From contig CAYHXO010000006.1 in NCBI GenBank assembly GCA_964360635.1, positions 438-64,437 on the forward strand: DNA of 64,000 bases, written 5' to 3'. Shown here piece by piece: positions 19,471-29,097 of the stretch. The first letter of the stretch is position 1. Each line of letters begins with the position of its first letter. This DNA comes from an uncultured Candidatus Peribacteria bacterium. GTDB taxonomy: Bacteria; Patescibacteriota; Gracilibacteria; UBA1369; 2-02-FULL-48-14. A program made the translations under genes and the position numbers. Under the pieces are notes generated by a model that worked only from the letters and a program-made list of their open reading frames with translations, was not told the DNA's origin and searched no databases.

Positions 19471-20733
19471 TTATTTAAGCTTCAGCATCATAGCGTTTCT
19501 GGCTTCCGGGTCAATAGTGGCTTTATTGTCATCAATTTTGAGTTCAATTTTTCCACTCACATATTTCCCAGCTTCAATATCCTGAGCAATCACAAGTCCG
19601 GAAGTAATCATGGTGTTAGAACCAATTTTCACACCTGGCATTAAACTTGTATTTACTCCAATTCGAATATTATCACCGAGAATCGCTCCAAGTTTATTTG
19701 TTTCTTCAATTTTCTTTTCGTCTAAACGTAGATTTGCGCAAATTGCACCTGCTCCAAATCCACAATTATTTCCTATAATACTATCTCCAATATAGTTGGA
19801 ATGGAACCAAGTATCATCTCCAACATATGAACGAGCAACTTCTGTATTGAAGCCGATTACAGACCGTTTTCCAATAGATGACGCTCTAACAAGAGCATTA
19901 TTCCCCACGATAGAATTCTTTCCAATATATGCCGGCCCTTGAATCACCGCATGATCAAAAATCTTTACCCCACTTTCAATTACAACGTTTCCATTTATCA
20001 CAGCAGTTTTAGAAATCTGAGAATCTTCAGCAATACTTTTTTCCAATTTAGATAAGAAAAAAGCCGTCAAATTTAAAACATGCTGAGGGAATTTTAATGC
20101 CTGCCAGAAGCCACTATATGGAACTGCCTGAAATGTTCTTTCTTTCATTAAAATATCGAGTGCAATCTCATAACGATCATCTTTTTCTGAAGATACCTCT
20201 TTCAAAATCTCAAATAATCTTTTGGGATTTTTGTGCAAATGTAAAACTAAATTTATTAAATTTGAGGGTTCATTTCCCGCTCCGGGTTTTTCAATAATTC
20301 CGGTAATTTTTTCACCTTCTATTTTTAAATAACCTCCTGGAAAATATTCAAAAACTTCACGTGCCAACAGAAATGAATCGGCACCGGTGGCATTTTTCAT
20401 GGCATTATAAGCGCTTGTATCAACAACATCATTTCCACTTACAATAAATAAATCTTCTGCGCCGACTAAATCTTCTACAGATAGAACAGCTCCTGCCATT
20501 CCTTCATCCAAGTTTTTTTGTTCAACAACTTTTGCATCATATTTTTGAGCCACTTTTCTAAGCTTTTCTAAATTATGTGCTCCACCGACAATAATAATGT
20601 CATCAAAACCAGCTGATTTTAAAGCCTCAATTTGATGCTTAATTAAATATTTTCCACAGAATCTTAAGAAATTTTTATCTTCTATTGGTTTTGCCCTTTT
20701 ACTTCTACCAGCGGCTAACAGTAAAACTTTCAT
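19471..20733 (-). CDS. Bifunctional-type sugar-1-phosphate nucleotidyltransferase with hexapeptide-repeat (LbH) acyltransferase domain (GlmU-like)
   Basis: N-terminal MKVLLLAAGRSKR nucleotidyltransferase motif. The C-terminal half shows a hexapeptide periodicity of I/V/L-G-x-x (IGKNSIVGNNALV...IGNNCGFGAGAI...). The start was set to the ATG at 20733, because the track start is a TTG. Confidence 0.75.
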   Translation of the reverse strand: MKVLLLAAGRSKRAKPIEDKNFLRFCGKYLIKHQIEALKSAGFDDIIIVGGAHNLEKLRKVAQKYDAKVVEQKNLDEGMAGAVLSVEDLVGAEDLFIVSGNDVVDTSAYNAMKNATGADSFLLAREVFEYFPGGYLKIEGEKITGIIEKPGAGNEPSNLINLVLHLHKNPKRLFEILKEVSSEKDDRYEIALDILMKERTFQAVPYSGFWQALKFPQHVLNLTAFFLSKLEKSIAEDSQISKTAVINGNVVIESGVKIFDHAVIQGPAYIGKNSIVGNNALVRASSIGKRSVIGFNTEVARSYVGDDTWFHSNYIGDSIIGNNCGFGAGAICANLRLDEKKIEETNKLGAILGDNIRIGVNTSLMPGVKIGSNTMITSGLVIAQDIEAGKYVSGKIELKIDDNKATIDPEARNAMMLKLK

Positions 20734-20796
20734 AAATATCAATAAAGTGCTGGAATTTTACAGGTAAAAGGCTTTTCTTGCAATCTGACAGAATAG

Positions 20797-21576
20797 CTAT
20801 TTGTAATCCGGCAAAAAAGTCCAAAAAGACTGATGGATATTTCTCAAAGATTCTGCAATGTGAGGCTCTTCAATAATAATTCCAACAATGTCTCGGTAAA
20901 TTGAAACTATAGCGACTTTGTCACCATAAATATTTATTTCGACAGGAATATGTACATTATTTAACATTTTCAAAACCCGATTTTGTTCTTTACGATGCTT
21001 ATATGCCATATCTGAAGATTCTGACTTATTTAAAATTCCAAAATATTTAATTTTCTTTTTTGCACGACGAATTGTGTAATCCCAAAGCCAATTATTAAAA
21101 TCTTTTTGATTTGATACCGGAAAAAAATATTGAAAATCACCCATGCCATATATATTTACTCCCGGAGTTTTCAATGTATCTTCATAAATTTCTTTCATAC
21201 CTTCAAGCCCCTGAAAAAAGTGAATTTTTGGCTGAGCAAGAAGAGGATTTCTAATCTTTTCAAGATCCGGCAATATGCTGAGGAGTTTTTGTTTTTGGTT
21301 TTCTATTTCTTCTTTTCGATGATCCAAAATTGAAAGAATCGACTTGGGAGGGCGCGAATTAAAATATCTAACACTTCCCTTTGTGTACTCTTGCATTATT
21401 CTTTTTTCAATCAATGTGCCTAGAATATTGTAAGAATGACTTCTTTTAAGTCCACTTTTTTTGGCTAGTATTGATGCCGGCTGAGCACCTAATTCGAGAC
21501 AAGCCAGATAAAGTTTTGCTTCGAGGTCGCTGAGACCGAACTCAGTTAAAATGGAATTAATATCGAAATCTGCCAT
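20797..21576 (-). CDS. TrmB-family transcriptional regulator (copy a), divergent from the Cys-rich paralog array
   Basis: N-terminal wHTH FGLSDLEAKLYLACLELGAQPASILAKKSGLKRSHSYNILGTLIEKRIM. Length is ~255 aa, as in TrmB-like proteins. Confidence 0.8.
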   Translation of the reverse strand: MADFDINSILTEFGLSDLEAKLYLACLELGAQPASILAKKSGLKRSHSYNILGTLIEKRIMQEYTKGSVRYFNSRPPKSILSILDHRKEEIENQKQKLLSILPDLEKIRNPLLAQPKIHFFQGLEGMKEIYEDTLKTPGVNIYGMGDFQYFFPVSNQKDFNNWLWDYTIRRAKKKIKYFGILNKSESSDMAYKHRKEQNRVLKMLNNVHIPVEINIYGDKVAIVSIYRDIVGIIIEEPHIAESLRNIHQSFWTFLPDYK

Positions 21577-21658
21577 TATAAATAGCTATGAGAATTGAAA
21601 GAATATGAAATCATTTTTTAAATCAGATTGCAAGGCTTTTGTTGCAGGTATAAATATA

Positions 21659-21688
21659 TTGACATGAACTACATAATCAATATATTAT
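21659..21688 (+). promoter_or_regulatory. Putative promoter for the RHH gene and the paralog array
   Basis: TTGACA (21659-21664), then TATATT/TATTAT (21681-21688) after 16-18 nt. The TATGCATA palindrome and an ATCTAT...ATAGAC near-dyad lie just downstream. Confidence 0.4.
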
Positions 21689-21716
21689 CTATGCATATTA
21701 CATATAAGATAGACAT

Positions 21717-21875
21717 ATGCCCATTGTGAACTTTTCAATTCCAAAAAATCTTGATCTGCGAATTCAAGCAACAATTAAAGAAAAAGGCTTTGCTAGTAAG
21801 GCAGAATTTTTCCGTTACTGTGCTGTCCGCTATATTGACAGTGACAAAGATAGAAAGAATAATCTAGCAGGATGA
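21717..21875 (+). CDS. Small ribbon-helix-helix (CopG/Arc-like) protein, 52 aa; below the ORF-track cutoff
   Basis: Hand translation gives MPIVNFSIPKNLDLRIQATIKEKGFASKAEFFRYCAVRYIDSDKDRKNNLAG. The beta-strand (VNFSIP), helix, then GF-SKAEFFRY-helix arrangement is the RHH pattern. The ORF ends 13 nt before paralog 1. Confidence 0.55.
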   Translation: MPIVNFSIPKNLDLRIQATIKEKGFASKAEFFRYCAVRYIDSDKDRKNNLAG

Positions 21876-21888
21876 TCTCCCCAAACGG

Positions 21889-23478
21889 ATGATAAAAAAC
21901 TGCAAGAATTGCTCGGCTGAGTTTGAAATAACAAATGATGATTTGGATTTTTATGGGAAAATAAAAGTTCCTGAACCGACATTTTGTCCAGATTGTCGAT
22001 TACAGAGGAGATTGATGATGAGAAATGAAAAAAATCTTTATAAAAGGAGCTGTGATTTTTGTAAAAAATCCATAATTGCTTTTTTTGATTCAGATGTTAA
22101 CTTTCCGGTTTATTGTACTGATTGTTGGTGGAGTGATAAATGGGACCCTAGATCTTATGGACAAGATTTTAATTTCAATAGGCCATTTTTTGAGCAATTT
22201 AAAGAGTTAATAAATAAGGTTCCAAAAGCTAACCTACTTCAGCTTAATAATGAGAATTCTGAATATAATTCACTACTGGCATTTTCAAAAAATACATATA
22301 TGAGTCCAGGCTCATATTTATGTGAAGGATGTATTTATGTTAGAAAGAGTCAAAGCTGTAAAGACTGCATTAACAGCAATATAATTAATAAATGTGAACT
22401 TGTATCTAACTCTGTTAATTGTGATTCCTGTTATAGTTCGGACTATCTTTTAAACTGCCGTTCATGTTCATTCTCCTCATACTTGGATGATTGTTCAAAT
22501 ATGCAAAATTCGTTTATGTGCAGTGGAGTAAGAAATAAAAATTATTGTTTCAAAAATAAAGAATTAACTAAAGAAGAATTCGAGAAAATTCTTGCAGAAT
22601 ATAAAATGAAAAACCATGAAGATATATTTTCTGAATTTATGGGGTTCTCTTCATCCCTACCAAAACGTGCAGTAGTTCAATTTAATTGTGAAAATTCGAC
22701 TGGTGATTACTTGTATAACTCAAAAAATGCAGTCGAATGTTTTGATTCTTTTGATATTTTAGATTCAAAATATTTGGTTGAATGTTCGGGAATAAAAGAC
22801 TCAATGGATCTGTGCATGCATGATAAAGAAATTGAACTTTGCTATGAAATGAGTTCTGGTGGCGAAAAAAATTATATGTCTAAATTTTGCTATTGTTCAA
22901 TTGCCGCACCTTTTGGGGAATATTTATATTCATGTTTTTATTTATCAAATAGTTTTGGTTGCGATGGTTTTCATTCAAAAAATGAATACTGTATTTTGAA
23001 TAAACAGTATTCAAAAGAAGGGTACGAAGTTCTAGTCGCACGGGTTATTGAATATATGAAAACGGCTGGTGAATATGGTGAGTTTTTTCCTAATTTCATT
23101 TCAACATTTGCATATAATGAAAGTGCGGCTCAAGATTATTTCCCTCTAAGTAAAGAAGAAATCATATCGAAGGGATATGTATGGAAAGAAGCCGAGACTG
23201 CCAAAGCTCCAAGTGAAATCGCAGCCTTGGATTGTATAGTATGCAAAAAACAGTATCGAGTTATTAAACAAGAACAGGCACTTTACGACAAACTTAATTT
23301 AAAAATTCCAAAAAGATGCAGTGAATGTAGATATAAAGAACTATTAAAATGGAAAAATCCTCGAAAACTATGGACTCGTGCATGTGCAAAATGTGGAAAT
23401 AAAATCCACAGCAGCTATTCCCCGGAGCGAGCTGAGATTGTATACTGTGAAGCGTGCTATTTGGCTTCTGTATACTAA
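21889..23478 (+). CDS. Cys-rich multi-zinc-ribbon repeat protein, paralog 1 of 6 (unknown family)
   Basis: 529 aa with 38 Cys by my count. There are four terminal CxxC...CxxC ribbons and a duplicated Cys-ladder core. Shared family blocks include WWSDKWD, YCILNKQYSKE, GEYGEFFP and VYCEACYL. Confidence 0.85.
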   Translation: MIKNCKNCSAEFEITNDDLDFYGKIKVPEPTFCPDCRLQRRLMMRNEKNLYKRSCDFCKKSIIAFFDSDVNFPVYCTDCWWSDKWDPRSYGQDFNFNRPFFEQFKELINKVPKANLLQLNNENSEYNSLLAFSKNTYMSPGSYLCEGCIYVRKSQSCKDCINSNIINKCELVSNSVNCDSCYSSDYLLNCRSCSFSSYLDDCSNMQNSFMCSGVRNKNYCFKNKELTKEEFEKILAEYKMKNHEDIFSEFMGFSSSLPKRAVVQFNCENSTGDYLYNSKNAVECFDSFDILDSKYLVECSGIKDSMDLCMHDKEIELCYEMSSGGEKNYMSKFCYCSIAAPFGEYLYSCFYLSNSFGCDGFHSKNEYCILNKQYSKEGYEVLVARVIEYMKTAGEYGEFFPNFISTFAYNESAAQDYFPLSKEEIISKGYVWKEAETAKAPSEIAALDCIVCKKQYRVIKQEQALYDKLNLKIPKRCSECRYKELLKWKNPRKLWTRACAKCGNKIHSSYSPERAEIVYCEACYLASVY

Positions 23479-25101
23479 ATGTTAAATTGTAAAAAATGCG
23501 GACAAAACTTTGAACTTGAAGCCGAAGATTTTGAATTTTTAAAAAAGTTTGATGTTCCGGCGCCGACTCACTGCCCGGATTGCAGGAATCAAAGACGATT
23601 GGTTTTTCGAAATGACAGGAATTTTTACAAACGCGAATGTGATATGTGCAAGAAGATAATTATTTCGATTTATTCCGTGGACAGGCCATTCCCCGTCTAC
23701 TGCAAAGATTGTTTTTTAAGTGACAAATTCAATCCGCTCGATTACGGGAAAGATTTCAATTTCGACAAACCTTTTTTCGAACAATTTGAAGATATGAGAT
23801 CTAAAGTTCCTCGAATAGCGATTTATCAGACGCTTTGCGAAAACTCCGATTACATAGTGCATAGCGGAAAAAGTAAGAATTGTTACATGGGCAGTTCAAT
23901 GCGAGGTTGTGAAGATGTTTACTACTCGGATTTCGCACAAGTCAGCAGGGATTCACTCGATCTCTACATGTGCTCGCATATGGAAGAGTGCTATTTCTGC
24001 ACCGATTCAGACCAATGTTATCATTCATCGTATCTGGAGAATTGCCTAAGTTTAAATTTTTCCTATTTATGTTTTGACTGTCGCGCTTCCAATAATTTGA
24101 TCGGTTGCGTTGGACTTAGAAGAAAAGAATTTATGATTTTAAATCAGCCGTCGAATCAAAAAGATTTTGAGGAGACTTTAAAAAAATTAAATAATGATGC
24201 TGAGTTTAAGTGTGACTTTTTAGAAAAATTTGCGAAATTGAGACTCGAGATTCCGGTTAAATATTTTTGGGAGAAAAATTCTGAAAATTCTACCGGAAAT
24301 TATGTAGTTAATTCAAAAAATGCACGCGATTGTTATAATGTTTGGAATGTTGAAGACGGCAAATATATTTATGACAGTATGGACATGAAAGATTGCCTTG
24401 ATTCCACACGAATTGCAGGAGGAGAGATGCTTTATGAAACAAATGGTGGAATCGATCTGACTTTTAGCAAATTTTCCAATCTTTGTTACCAATGCAGTAA
24501 CATGGAATATTGCGACAATTCACAAAGTTCACATGATTGTTTCGGGTGCATGAGTTTAAAATCAAATCGTTTTTGCATTTTGAACAAACAATATAGCGAG
24601 GAAGAATGGAGAAAGCTCGCTACGCTCGTTATAGAACATATGAAAAAAACCGGTGAATATGGCGAATATTTCCCGGCGGGAATTACAGTTTTTGGATACA
24701 ATGAAACAAAGGCTTTTGACCACTTCCCACTTTCAAAAATAGAGGCAATTGCAAAAGGTTTTAAATGGAAGGATGTAGATTTGCGTCAATATTTACCGCA
24801 AACATATAAACTTACAAATGAAATAAATGATGATGTTTTAAATGAAATTTTGGCATGTTCATTATGCTCTAAAAACTACAAAATCATTCCGCAAGAATTA
24901 AAGTTCTATCGAAAAATGGGCCTTCCCATACCTGTTAAATGCTTTGAATGTAGGCATAAGGAGCGTCTGTCATATGAAAATCCACGAAAACTTTGGGATA
25001 GAAATTGTATGAAGTGTGGTGTCACGATTCAAACTACATATGCACCCGAATGTAGTGAAAAGGTGTATTGTGAGAAATGTTATTTAGCTGAAGTTCAATG
25101 A
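23479..25101 (+). CDS. Cys-rich multi-zinc-ribbon repeat protein, paralog 2 of 6
   Basis: 540 aa, homologous end to end with paralog 1. The ATG directly abuts the paralog 1 TAA. Confidence 0.85.
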   Translation: MLNCKKCGQNFELEAEDFEFLKKFDVPAPTHCPDCRNQRRLVFRNDRNFYKRECDMCKKIIISIYSVDRPFPVYCKDCFLSDKFNPLDYGKDFNFDKPFFEQFEDMRSKVPRIAIYQTLCENSDYIVHSGKSKNCYMGSSMRGCEDVYYSDFAQVSRDSLDLYMCSHMEECYFCTDSDQCYHSSYLENCLSLNFSYLCFDCRASNNLIGCVGLRRKEFMILNQPSNQKDFEETLKKLNNDAEFKCDFLEKFAKLRLEIPVKYFWEKNSENSTGNYVVNSKNARDCYNVWNVEDGKYIYDSMDMKDCLDSTRIAGGEMLYETNGGIDLTFSKFSNLCYQCSNMEYCDNSQSSHDCFGCMSLKSNRFCILNKQYSEEEWRKLATLVIEHMKKTGEYGEYFPAGITVFGYNETKAFDHFPLSKIEAIAKGFKWKDVDLRQYLPQTYKLTNEINDDVLNEILACSLCSKNYKIIPQELKFYRKMGLPIPVKCFECRHKERLSYENPRKLWDRNCMKCGVTIQTTYAPECSEKVYCEKCYLAEVQ

Positions 25102-26693
25102 TTAAAACTTGTAAAAATTGCTCGCAAAACTTTGAAATCAGGGAAGAAGATGTGGCAATTTATCAAAAATTGGATGTTCCTTATCCGAATTATTGCCCTA
25201 ACTGTAGAGCACAAAGAAGAACTTCATTTAGGAATGACTGGAATGTTTATAATAGAAAATGTGATTTGTGTAAAAAAAATATTGTGAGTGTTTATTCAAC
25301 GGATAAAAACGTAAAAGTATATTGTCAGGAATGTTATTGGAGTGACAAATGGGATGGCGGTCAATTTGCTAAAGATTTCGACTTTAACAGATCGTTTTTT
25401 GATCAAATGAAAGAATTAATTTCATCAGTTCCGCTCATTAATCTAACAATGATGAATTGTATAAACTGCGAATACAATACAAATGCGGTTAACTCAAAAG
25501 ATTGTTATTTGTCATCAAGATTGGGTGATAGCGAAGGAATTTTATATACATATTTGCCTGTGAAATCTTTGAATTGCGTTGACTGTTTCAACATAAATAC
25601 TTGCCAATATTGTTATGAATGTGTGGACTGTTGGAACTGTTATAACTCTATTTTTTGCGTTAGATGTAAAAGCACGAGTGATTCTTCTTTTTGTTTTGAG
25701 TGTATTAGTGTGAAAAATTGCTTTGGTTGTGTTGGGTTAAGAAACGTTGAATATTACTTTTTTAATCAAAAATGTACAAAAGAAGAATATGAAGAAAAAA
25801 TTAGAAATGTTGATATTTCCACACATGAAAAGCTCTTGGAAATGAAGAGAATATTTATTAAAAAGGTCAGCAAATATCCACACAGAGCTTCAGTTATTTT
25901 AAATTCAGAAAATGTCCTGGGTGACTATATTGCAGATTCAAAAAACGTATATAATTCATTCGACATCGAAAAAAGTGAAGATGTTGTTAACTCATGGGGT
26001 GTTGAATTTGCAAAGGATGTTTATGACGGATGTTTTATTTATATTGGCGAAAATGTTTACGATACAATTGGAAATTTTGATAGCCAGAATATAAGATTTT
26101 CTGCCTTCCCATATAATTGTCACGATAGTTACTACTTATTTTCTTGTTTCAATAACACCGGCAATTGCTTCGGTTGCGTTTCATTGAAACAAAAACAGTA
26201 CTGTATTTTAAATAAACAGTACACAAAAGAAGAGTATGAAGCTTTGCTTCCGCGAATTATTGAACATATGAAAAAAACCAGTGAATATGGTGAATTTTTC
26301 CCTGTTTCAATATCTCCATTTGCATATAATGAGACGGTTGCTTATGAATTTTTTCCAATGACAAAAGATGAAGTTTTAGCCTGTGGTTTAAAATGGAAAG
26401 ATTTTGAGCGAAAAAACTCATCCGGTCTAAGTGAAGATATTGTATCATGCATCCAATGTGAAAGAATTTTTAAATTAATTCCAAAAGAATTAGCCTTTTA
26501 TCGAGAGAAAAAGCTTCCAAATCCTAAAAAATGTCATATTTGCAGACATGCCGAAAGGTTAAATCAGAGAAATCCAAGACACCTTTGGACTCGAAATTGT
26601 GCTAAGTGCAAAGTCGAAATATCTACCGGCTATTCACCGGAAAGGTCGGAAACGGTATATTGTGAATCGTGTTACTTATCTGAAGTCTACTAA
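25098..26693 (+). CDS. Cys-rich multi-zinc-ribbon repeat protein, paralog 3 of 6
   Basis: 531 aa with the same blocks. It has an ATGA overlap with paralog 2. Confidence 0.85.
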   Translation: MIKTCKNCSQNFEIREEDVAIYQKLDVPYPNYCPNCRAQRRTSFRNDWNVYNRKCDLCKKNIVSVYSTDKNVKVYCQECYWSDKWDGGQFAKDFDFNRSFFDQMKELISSVPLINLTMMNCINCEYNTNAVNSKDCYLSSRLGDSEGILYTYLPVKSLNCVDCFNINTCQYCYECVDCWNCYNSIFCVRCKSTSDSSFCFECISVKNCFGCVGLRNVEYYFFNQKCTKEEYEEKIRNVDISTHEKLLEMKRIFIKKVSKYPHRASVILNSENVLGDYIADSKNVYNSFDIEKSEDVVNSWGVEFAKDVYDGCFIYIGENVYDTIGNFDSQNIRFSAFPYNCHDSYYLFSCFNNTGNCFGCVSLKQKQYCILNKQYTKEEYEALLPRIIEHMKKTSEYGEFFPVSISPFAYNETVAYEFFPMTKDEVLACGLKWKDFERKNSSGLSEDIVSCIQCERIFKLIPKELAFYREKKLPNPKKCHICRHAERLNQRNPRHLWTRNCAKCKVEISTGYSPERSETVYCESCYLSEVY

Positions 26694-28345
26694 TGCCTGA
26701 TATTAAACAGAACTGCCGAACTTGCTCAAAAGAATTCGTTGTGAATGAATGGGAACAAGCACATTTGCAAAAAATGGGTGGTTTTCCACTGCCAACTTTG
26801 TGTATAGATCACAGACATCAAAGAAGATTTGCCTATAGAAATGAGAGGAAATTATATAAAGATAAATGTGATTTTAGCGGAAAAGATATTATTTCAATTT
26901 ATTCGCCGGATAAAAATTTGAAAGTTTATTCCCAAGAAATTTGGTGGAGTGACAAATGGGATGGACGCGATTACGGAAGAGATTTTGACTTTAGTAGGCC
27001 ATTTTTTGATCAATTTCAAGAGCTAAGATTGTCGACTCCAAGAATGTCTCTTTTGAATTCAAATGGTGAAAATAGCGAATATTGCAATCTAACAACTGAT
27101 AATAAAAACTGCTATTTAGTTTTTGGGGGAGATTTTAATCAAGATGCTCTTTATTCAATATTTTGTTTTTATTCAAGAGATGTTGCGGATCTTTATTGGG
27201 TGAATAAATCGGAACTTATTTATGACTCAATTGATTGTTCGAATTGCTACAATATTAAGCATGCACAAAATACTTATAACTGTCGTGATGGGGCATTTTT
27301 ATTTGATTGTCGAAACTGTGAATATTGTATTGGATGTGTTGGTTTACGCGGTAAAAAATATCATATTTTCAACAAAGCATATTCGCCGGAAGATTATGCA
27401 AAAAAAATGCATGAATTAAGGTTAGATACTTGGAGCGGAGTACAAAAATTTAAAGTGGAGTTTAATAAATTTAAATTGAATTTTCCAATGCTTTTTGCAA
27501 GTATTGTGAATTGTGAAAACTGCAGTGGTGATAAAATTAAAGATGCTAAAAATTGTGAGAACTGCTTTGATATTTATGGCCCTGTTGAAGACTGTAAAGA
27601 TGTATTCTTAGGAGGCTGGAATTTAAAAGATGCTCTTAGCTCTAGTCACATTGGTCATAAATCAGAAATAGCATATGAATCAATTGGGATTCCCGGAGTT
27701 CACACAACTGCTTTTTCGTCATTTGTATGGTTTGGAAGCAATGTTTACTATTCAGATACAGTTGCTTATTGTAATAATATTTTTGGTTGTTCGAATATGA
27801 ATAAAGCCGAATATTGCATTTTGAACAAACAATACAGTAAAGAAGATTATGAAAGTTTACGTGCAAGAATTGTGGAGCATATGAAAAAAACCGGTGAATG
27901 GGGTGAGTTTATGCCAATCAAAAATTCTCTTTTTGCATACAATGAAACCGTTGCTCAAGATTTCTTTCCTAAAAGCAAGGATGAAGCTTTTTCCGAAGGC
28001 ATTAAATGGCTTGATGAAGAAGTTCGTGAGATAAAACCTCAAGATATTCCAGACTCAATTCACGATGCAAAAGATGATATTTTACAAGGAACATTCATAT
28101 GTGAAAAAACCGGAAGACCCTATCGGATTGTTCCTGCGGAATTAAAATTATATCGACAAATGGGAATCCCAATCCCTCATTTTGCTCCTGAAACTCGGAA
28201 TGAAATGCGCATTCAAGCTAGAAATCCTCATCATACCTGGTCAAGAAATTGCACAAAGTGTGGAATGAAGATTGAAACTAGTTATGCTCCTAATCGGCCA
28301 GAAAATGTATACTGTGAGCCTTGTTATTTGGCTGAGGTTTACTGA
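26693..28345 (+). CDS. Cys-rich multi-zinc-ribbon repeat protein, paralog 4 of 6 (degenerate N-terminal and third ribbons)
   Basis: 550 aa with a TAATG overlap with paralog 3. Ribbon 2 reads CDFSGK...VYSQEI instead of CDxCKK...VYCxxC. Confidence 0.85.
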   Translation: MPDIKQNCRTCSKEFVVNEWEQAHLQKMGGFPLPTLCIDHRHQRRFAYRNERKLYKDKCDFSGKDIISIYSPDKNLKVYSQEIWWSDKWDGRDYGRDFDFSRPFFDQFQELRLSTPRMSLLNSNGENSEYCNLTTDNKNCYLVFGGDFNQDALYSIFCFYSRDVADLYWVNKSELIYDSIDCSNCYNIKHAQNTYNCRDGAFLFDCRNCEYCIGCVGLRGKKYHIFNKAYSPEDYAKKMHELRLDTWSGVQKFKVEFNKFKLNFPMLFASIVNCENCSGDKIKDAKNCENCFDIYGPVEDCKDVFLGGWNLKDALSSSHIGHKSEIAYESIGIPGVHTTAFSSFVWFGSNVYYSDTVAYCNNIFGCSNMNKAEYCILNKQYSKEDYESLRARIVEHMKKTGEWGEFMPIKNSLFAYNETVAQDFFPKSKDEAFSEGIKWLDEEVREIKPQDIPDSIHDAKDDILQGTFICEKTGRPYRIVPAELKLYRQMGIPIPHFAPETRNEMRIQARNPHHTWSRNCTKCGMKIETSYAPNRPENVYCEPCYLAEVY

Positions 28346-29097
28346 GCCACGAAGGAAGTTGCGCCGAGCCAAGAAAGATCGAAAATTGCCTTTTGAGTGC
28401 GTGCATAAACAGCCGATTCGATTAAAACGCCGGTTAGTTCATCTGGATTGAGAGACATTATTGCAACAAAATTATCGTAAATTGAAATTTGGTTTTCAAA
28501 GGCAAATTCATTTGGATTCACGAAAAGAATTTCTACAAGTTCTTCCGGATATTTTTTTGGATAAAAGTTTTCAACAAAGTATCTGGCCTCCTTTGTTGAA
28601 GGGGTAAGTAGCCTGACTTTTATACCTTTCCTAACCAATTTCTGAAGATATCCTGGTAAATAATCTGGGAGTAAATTTCCGAGTGCTTCTAAATTTGTAT
28701 ATCCTAAAACATCTGATTTTGCTTCGAGAGTTTGTTCAAAAATAGTTTTAATTCCATCAATTCCCTCGTAAGAACGGATGATTGGTTTGAAGGCACTTGT
28801 ATTTGTTAGTGAAATTAATTCAGGTAAAAGTGATTTGGCTTTTTCAAATTTTTCTTCAATTTGATTCACGAGAACTTGTGGAGGTTCTGCAACAAAAAAT
28901 TTAACATTACCTTTCAAATTGGTCGTTATAAGTCCCTTATTTTTTAATGTATCAAGAATGTAATAACAGTTTACACGAGCTGTATTAGACTTTCTTGCAA
29001 TGGTACTGGCAAAAGATCCACCTAATTCCAATACAGTTATGTAAACTTGAGCTTCTTCTTTTGAAAGACCGAATTGTTCAAGCTGATTTACGAGCAT
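28339..29097 (-). CDS. TrmB-family transcriptional regulator (copy b), inside the array
   Basis: FGLSKEEAQVYITVLELGGSFASTIARKSNTARVNCYYILDTLKNKGLI. The gene is tail-to-tail with paralog 4 (7-nt overlap) and divergent from paralog 5. Confidence 0.8.
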   Translation of the reverse strand: MLVNQLEQFGLSKEEAQVYITVLELGGSFASTIARKSNTARVNCYYILDTLKNKGLITTNLKGNVKFFVAEPPQVLVNQIEEKFEKAKSLLPELISLTNTSAFKPIIRSYEGIDGIKTIFEQTLEAKSDVLGYTNLEALGNLLPDYLPGYLQKLVRKGIKVRLLTPSTKEARYFVENFYPKKYPEELVEILFVNPNEFAFENQISIYDNFVAIMSLNPDELTGVLIESAVYARTQKAIFDLSWLGATSFVAQ

